Source: a virus
Virus genome (UHGV): UHGV-0038498
DNA length: 64,000 nt
Direction: 5' to 3' (one strand)
Of the stretch, positions 58,878-64,000 are shown piece after piece. The first letter of the stretch is position 1, and each line of letters starts with the position of its first letter. The notes under the pieces were generated by a model, which saw only the letters and a program-made list of their open reading frames with translations, was not told where the DNA came from and did not search any database. Both the position numbers and the translations under genes were made by a program.

Positions 58878-59408
58878 ATGTCGCAAGCACTACAACAAAT
58901 TTTTAACCAAGCAAATACAACTAACTTTGTAGTATCAATACCGCATAGTAATACTACATCTGCTTTTACTTTAAATGCTCAGTCAGTTCCTATTCCGGGA
59001 ATTAGAATACCTGTTACTGATACCGTGACTGGGCCGTTTGGACTAGGCAGAGCACAACGTCCAGGAGTTACGTTTGAGTACGATCCACTCATCGTGAGAT
59101 TTATAGTTGATGAAGAGCTTAAGTCGTGGATAGGAATGTATGAATGGATGCTAGGAACTAGTAACTATCTTACAGGCGAAAATACTGCCCAAAAAACAGG
59201 TCCTGAATACATTACGCTTTACATTTTAGATAATAGTAAAACTGAAATCGTGATGTCAATAAATTTTTATAAGCCTTGGGTTTCTGACCTGTCTGAAGTA
59301 GAATTTAGCTACACAGAAGATTCAGACCCAGCCTTAGTATGCACAGCAACGATTCCTTATACGTATTTTCAAGTAGAAAAAGATGGAAAAATTATAGCAG
59401 AAGTTTAA
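58878..59408 (+). CDS. 3: tail completion / sheath stabiliser protein
   Basis: 176 aa from MSQALQQ... with GAGGA RBS; ORF-track start 58797 is an upstream extension. Confidence 0.7.
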   Translation: MSQALQQIFNQANTTNFVVSIPHSNTTSAFTLNAQSVPIPGIRIPVTDTVTGPFGLGRAQRPGVTFEYDPLIVRFIVDEELKSWIGMYEWMLGTSNYLTGENTAQKTGPEYITLYILDNSKTEIVMSINFYKPWVSDLSEVEFSYTEDSDPALVCTATIPYTYFQVEKDGKIIAEV

Positions 59409-59457
59409 TGCTTCAGTTTCATGTGTTATAATCTTAACTAAATTTGAGGAGAAACAT

Positions 59458-60170
59458 ATGAAACTAATCTTTTTAAGTGGTGTAAAGCGTAGTGGAAAAG
59501 ATACTACTGCAGATTTTATTATGAATAATTATTCTGCAGTTAAATATCAACTTGCTGGTCCTATTAAGGATGCATTGGCTTATGCATGGGGTGTATTTGC
59601 AGCAAACACTGACTATCCTTGTTTAACTCGTAAAGAGTTTGAAGGAATTGACTATGATCGTGAAACTAATTTAAATCTGACTAAATTAGAAGTAATTACG
59701 ATTATGGAACAAGCATTTTGCTATCTTAATAGTAAAAGCCCAATTAAAGGTGTGTTTGTTTTTGATGACGCAGTTAATTTCGTAGCATTTAACAAGATTG
59801 CTGACGTTATAAATAATATTGAAGATCAATGGTCAGTCCGTCGTCTGATGCAAGCCCTAGGTACGGATTTGATTGTTAATAACTTCGACCGCATGTATTG
59901 GGTAAAATTATTTGCTTTAGATTATCTTGATAAATTTAACTCAGGTTATGATTATTATATCGTTCCTGATACTCGTCAAGATCATGAAATGGATGCGGCT
60001 AGGGCGATGGGTGCTACAGTAATTCATGTAGTTCGTCCTGGTCAAAAATCCAATGATACTCATATTACAGAAGCTGGATTGCCAATTCGTGATGGCGATT
60101 TAGTAATTACAAACGATGGTTCTCTTGAAGAACTTTTTTCTAAAATTAAAAATACACTAAAGGTACTATA

Positions 60171-60171
<1 letters not shown>
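59458..60171 (+). CDS. 1: deoxynucleoside monophosphate kinase
   Basis: 237 aa; P-loop GVKRSGKDT; close to remembered T4 gp1 but ~4 aa shorter. Confidence 0.9.
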
Positions 60172-60868
<697 letters not shown>

Positions 60869-60880
60869 TTTCACAAAGTT

Positions 60881-60920
60881 GTTTACACGCTGATGAGGTA
60901 GTGATACTATTATCTCATCA
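60881..60920 (+). promoter_or_regulatory. early promoter upstream of ipI with inverted repeat around -10
   Basis: GTTTAC 60881-60886, TACTAT 60905-60910; arms TGATGAG 60891-60897 / CTCATCA 60914-60920. Confidence 0.6.
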
Positions 60921-60940
60921 AAATTAATTAGGAAAATAAA

Positions 60941-61228
60941 ATGAAAACTTTCAAAGAGTTTACTTCTACAACTACCCCGGTTTCTACCATTACCGAAGCT
61001 ACTCTTACTTCTGAAGTTATTAAAGCAAATAAAGGACGAGAAGGTAAACCCATGATTAGCTTGGTTGATGGCGAAGAAATCAAAGGTACTGTTTACCTAG
61101 GTGATGGGTGGTCTGCTAAAAAGGATGGTGCTACAATCATTATCTCTCCTGCTGAAGAAACTGCGTTGTTTAAAGCTAAACACATTTCTGCGGCACATCT
61201 CAAGATTATTGCTAAAAATCTTTTGTAA
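60941..61228 (+). CDS. ipI: internal protein I (capsid-packaged anti-restriction protein)
   Basis: 95 aa; MKTFKEFTSTTTPVSTITE... matches remembered T4 IpI precursor; early promoter upstream. Confidence 0.8.
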   Translation: MKTFKEFTSTTTPVSTITEATLTSEVIKANKGREGKPMISLVDGEEIKGTVYLGDGWSAKKDGATIIISPAEETALFKAKHISAAHLKIIAKNLL

Positions 61229-61246
61229 TAAATATTTCACAAAGTT

Positions 61247-61284
61247 GTTTACATAGGGTTTTAGTTGTGATACTATTACCCTAT
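61247..61284 (+). promoter_or_regulatory. early promoter with inverted repeat around -10
   Basis: GTTTAC 61247-61252, TACTAT 61271-61276; arms ATAGGGT 61253-61259 / ACCCTAT 61278-61284. Confidence 0.6.
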
Positions 61285-61304
61285 CAACTACCGAGGAGAA
61301 TAAA

Positions 61305-61490
61305 ATGAAACGTTGTGAATTAATTCGAAATGTTGCTATTGCAATTTCTGCTTCCGCTTTTAGTTTTTCAATGTTTGTTGGATTTATATGCGGATTATTG
61401 ACTACAGCAGAAAATGTTTTTTCACTTGTAGTAGCATTTTTAATTGGTTTAATTGCTATCGTTATGGATAAAATTTCTAAAGGTGAATAG
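61305..61490 (+). CDS. small hydrophobic membrane protein (61 aa)
   Basis: GAGGAGAA RBS; two predicted hydrophobic helices; early promoter upstream. Confidence 0.45.
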   Translation: MKRCELIRNVAIAISASAFSFSMFVGFICGLLTTAENVFSLVVAFLIGLIAIVMDKISKGE

Positions 61491-61491
61491 A

Positions 61492-61902
61492 ATGAGTGTG
61501 AGTATTAACGAATACTATGTTTATGCTGGGGATTATGCAAATCCTTCTCATTTTGAAGGTAATTTAATACCTGATAAAGTTTTTAATACTCCTTTTGAAG
61601 CGTGGAGTTGGATTGAAAGTAAAAATGGATTTTCTTATCGTTATGTTGAAGTAACTGATTGGAGAGGAACTAAATATCCTAAAGAGCATTATTATGTAGA
61701 CCCATCTAAAGTAAATTTTCTTTTGTTCGCAGGCGATAATTACTATCCTTGTGGTGGATATGATGATTTGATTGCGTATGCTGAAACAGAAGATGAATTA
61801 CGCCAAATTATTGAAGACAATAAATCAAAACGATTTGGCGATAGTTTCGATTGGTGGCAAATCGTAAATGCCCATACACATACTATTGTTGATAAAGGTT
61901 AA
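61492..61902 (+). CDS. hypothetical protein (136 aa)
   Basis: ATG at 61492 right after preceding stop with AAAGGTGA RBS; ORF-track 61453 start is an extension. Confidence 0.45.
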   Translation: MSVSINEYYVYAGDYANPSHFEGNLIPDKVFNTPFEAWSWIESKNGFSYRYVEVTDWRGTKYPKEHYYVDPSKVNFLLFAGDNYYPCGGYDDLIAYAETEDELRQIIEDNKSKRFGDSFDWWQIVNAHTHTIVDKG

Positions 61903-61904
61903 TA

Positions 61905-62192
61905 ATGATTCTTTATGCGAAAGTATCATCCATTGAAAATGGATATAAATATGATCAAGAAGCAGCTAAAGCCTTGATTGATGATTATGGCATTTTAACA
62001 TGTTTTGAAGTTGAAAAGGTTTACATTGACCGTTCATCTTCTCAAGTTAAATTAGTAAAGGAAGACCGTAAATTTAATACAGTAAATTTTGATTTCTTTA
62101 TTGAAACAGAAAAAGGTCCTCTTGAATATGATATTTTCAAGAATCCTTTGGGTCTTGAATGCATCGTAAATATGTATTATCATAAATGGTAA
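61905..62192 (+). CDS. hypothetical protein (95 aa)
   Basis: Tightly coupled same-strand ORF. Confidence 0.45.
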   Translation: MILYAKVSSIENGYKYDQEAAKALIDDYGILTCFEVEKVYIDRSSSQVKLVKEDRKFNTVNFDFFIETEKGPLEYDIFKNPLGLECIVNMYYHKW

Positions 62193-62193
62193 A

Positions 62194-62223
62194 TATGCTT
62201 TAAGAATTATTTGTTATTATTAA
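62194..62223 (+). promoter_or_regulatory. middle-type (MotA-box-like) promoter upstream of HNH endonuclease gene
   Basis: Same 28-bp block TGCTTTAAGAATTATTTGTTATTATTAA as at 3323-3350. Confidence 0.45.
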
Positions 62224-62278
62224 CTCATACCGCACTGATTAATACCCTCTATCATCAAGGGTTCTTGCTTAAGAGCCT

Positions 62279-62911
62279 TTGTTAATAATTGGGAATTATA
62301 TTATGGATACTAAATTAGCTGAAATTTTTGAAGGAAAACATCCAAATTTTAGTACAGGAAAGCTGAAAGACAAAATAATAAAAGAAAATATTTTTCCATA
62401 CGAGTGTGCAATTTGTAAAATTTCAAAATGGCAAAATAAGCATATTGTTCTGCAATTAGACCATATTGATGGAAATAACAAAAATCATCTTAAATCAAAT
62501 TTAAGATTATTATGTCCAAATTGCCATTCGCAAACTGATACTTTTGCTGGTAAAAATATTAAAAATAATAAAAAGCGTTATAATGTTAGTGATGAAGAAA
62601 TTTTAAACGCACTATTAAATTCGGCTACTATATCATCTGCAATTACTTCATTAGGTTTAAGTAAAGGCGGAAACTATAAAAGATTCATTAAAATTGCTAA
62701 TGATAATAAATTATATCATTTACTGGTAAATATTAATGAAAAGATTTTAACTGATGAAATTTATGAAGAATTAGTTAAAATCGATTATTCTAAATTTGGA
62801 TGGGTTAGTAAAGCTGCTAAAATAATAGGTATAAGCCCACAAAAAGCTAGAAAATGGATAGAACGAAAGTGTCCAGAATTGATAGAACAATCTTTTTCAC
62901 GTAATAAATAA
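62279..62911 (+). CDS. HNH homing-type endonuclease
   Basis: 210 aa; HNH motif LQLDHIDGNNKNH...LLCPNCH plus paired Cys (CAICK); immediately 5' of tRNA cluster. Confidence 0.7.
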   Translation: MLIIGNYIMDTKLAEIFEGKHPNFSTGKLKDKIIKENIFPYECAICKISKWQNKHIVLQLDHIDGNNKNHLKSNLRLLCPNCHSQTDTFAGKNIKNNKKRYNVSDEEILNALLNSATISSAITSLGLSKGGNYKRFIKIANDNKLYHLLVNINEKILTDEIYEELVKIDYSKFGWVSKAAKIIGISPQKARKWIERKCPELIEQSFSRNK

Positions 62912-62917
62912 TATAGC

Positions 62918-63004
62918 GCGAGAATGGTCAAATTGGTAAAGGCACAGCACTTAAAATGCTGCGGAATGATTTCCTTGTGGGTTCGAGTCCCACTTCTCGC
63001 ACCA
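62918..63004 (+). tRNA. tRNA-Leu (anticodon UAA)
   Basis: Cloverleaf by eye: acceptor GCGAGAA/TTCTCGC, anticodon loop cTTAAAa, long variable arm, 3' ACCA. Confidence 0.85.
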
Positions 63005-63009
63005 AATTT

Positions 63010-63083
<74 letters not shown>

Positions 63084-63093
63084 ATTTAATTTA

Positions 63094-63167
63094 CTCCGTG
63101 TAGCTCAGTTTGGTAGAGCGCCTGATTTGGGATCAGGAGGTCCAAGGTTCAAATCCTTGTATGGAGA
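63094..63167 (+). tRNA. tRNA-Pro (anticodon UGG), no encoded CCA
   Basis: Acceptor CTCCGTG/TATGGAG (with G-U pairs), anticodon loop tTTGGGa, T-loop GTTCAAATC. Confidence 0.75.
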
Positions 63168-63169
63168 CT

Positions 63170-63259
63170 GGAGGCGTGGCAGAGTGGTTTAATGCACCGG
63201 TCTTGAAAACCGGCAGTCGCTCCGGCGACTCATAGGTTCAAATCCTATCGCCTCCGCCA
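63170..63259 (+). tRNA. tRNA-Ser (anticodon UGA)
   Basis: Acceptor GGAGGCG/CGCCTCC, anticodon loop cTTGAAaa, long variable arm, 3' GCCA. Confidence 0.85.
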
Positions 63260-63264
63260 GTTTT

Positions 63265-63340
63265 GCTGATTTAGCTCAGTAGGTGGAGCAACTCACTTGT
63301 AATGAGAAGGTCGGCGGTTCGATTCCGTCAATCAGCACCA
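63265..63340 (+). tRNA. tRNA-Thr (anticodon UGU)
   Basis: Acceptor GCTGATT/AATCAGC, anticodon loop cTTGTAa, T-loop GTTCGATTC, 3' ACCA. Confidence 0.8.
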
Positions 63341-63341
63341 A

Positions 63342-63416
63342 GGCCCTGTAGCTGGAAGGTTCAAGCAAGCGACTCATAATCGCCAGATGGTGGTTCAATT
63401 CCACCCAGGGCCACCA
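63342..63416 (+). tRNA. tRNA with CAU anticodon (Ile via lysidine, or Met)
   Basis: Acceptor GGCCCTG/CAGGGCC, anticodon loop cTCATAa, T-loop GTTCAATTC, 3' ACCA. Confidence 0.75.
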
Positions 63417-63429
63417 AATTAAGAATTAA

Positions 63430-63516
63430 GGGGAGTTATCCCGTAGAGGTAGCGGTGTGGACTGTAAATCCATTGTCATTGCGACTCGGGTGGTTCGACT
63501 CCATCACTCCCCACCA
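63430..63516 (+). tRNA. tRNA-Tyr-like (anticodon GUA), class II with long variable arm
   Basis: Acceptor GGGGAGT/ACTCCCC, anticodon loop cTGTAAa, T-loop GTTCGACTC, 3' ACCA; D-arm irregular. Confidence 0.6.
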
Positions 63517-63520
63517 ATTT

Positions 63521-63595
63521 GGATGTGTAGCTCAATGGCAGAGCGATCGCCTGTTAAGCGATTGGTTATAGGTTCGAATCCTATCACGTCCGCCA
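63521..63595 (+). tRNA. tRNA-Asn (anticodon GUU)
   Basis: Acceptor GGATGTG/CACGTCC, anticodon stem ATCGC/GCGAT with loop cTGTTAa, T-loop GTTCGAATC, 3' GCCA. Confidence 0.7.
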
Positions 63596-63709
63596 AATTT
63601 GTGACAACTGTCACATTAATATCTACTTGACGCGATTATAGGGGTTGAACTGATCACTCTTCTCTTAATTTCGTGTGAAGACATCTTGATTGTTGGAGTA
63701 GGTATTAAT

Positions 63710-63785
63710 GTGGCCGTAGTTCAGTTGGTAGAACTCGAGATTGTGATTCTCGTAGTCATGGGTTCGACTCCCATCGGTCACCCCA
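63710..63785 (+). tRNA. tRNA-His (anticodon GUG)
   Basis: Acceptor GTGGCCG/CGGTCAC, anticodon stem CGAGA/TCTCG with loop tTGTGAt, T-loop GTTCGACTC, 3' CCCA. Confidence 0.65.
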
Positions 63786-63789
63786 ATTA

Positions 63790-63865
63790 CGGGGCATAGC
63801 TCAGAAGGAAGAGCAAGGACCTTCTAAGTCCTAGGTCGTAGGTTCGATCCCTACTGCCTCGACCA
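63790..63865 (+). tRNA. tRNA-Arg (anticodon UCU)
   Basis: Acceptor CGGGGCA/TGCCTCG (C1-G72), anticodon stem AGGAC/GTCCT with loop cTTCTAa, T-loop GTTCGATCC, 3' ACCA. Confidence 0.75.
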
Positions 63866-63882
63866 ATTAAGTGAGGAAAATA

Positions 63883-64000
63883 TGAAAGGTAATGTTTATT
63901 TAGTAGTTCATGATTTGACATTCTATTTTAATCACAATGACACTGTTATTTCTGAACGTGTAATTAATTTGCTTTATCAACACGCGGATTATGTTTATGT
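63883..64000 (+). CDS. hypothetical protein, 5' part (3' end outside window)
   Basis: ATG with GAGGAAAA RBS after tRNA-Arg; open to window end. Confidence 0.35.

Overview
This window reads as a T4-type (Tevenvirinae) myovirus genome segment, in reverse orientation to the conventional T4 map. Calls rest on ORF lengths, order and motifs read by eye against remembered T4 proteins; no database search was run. Plus strand: the 3' end of pseT, small early ORFs, cd, gene 31, rIII, the 30.x ORFs, DNA ligase and two tandem Alt-type ADP-ribosyltransferases. Then the baseplate-hub block (54-48-29-28-27-51 minus; 26-25 plus), uvsY, uvsW, a GIY-YIG endonuclease, inh, hoc and rnlB. Then a long minus-strand late block: 24, 23, 22, 21, 68, 67, 20, 19, 18, 17, 16, 15, 14, 13, wac, 12 to 5 and 53. 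Then plus-strand 4, 2, 3, 1, 57A, 57B, ipI, an HNH endonuclease and a 10-tRNA cluster. It is a close T4 relative rather than T4 itself: gene 1 is 237 aa, Hoc is 282 aa, and the tRNA set differs. I did not find a clearly undescribed multi-gene system. The most unusual signal is that all six early-type promoters I could read have a perfect 7-9 bp inverted repeat bracketing the -10 element, with arm sequences that differ between promoters. Other accessory features are the Alt pair, a NADAR-like ORF, two homing-endonuclease genes and a 28-bp block duplicated 59 kb apart.
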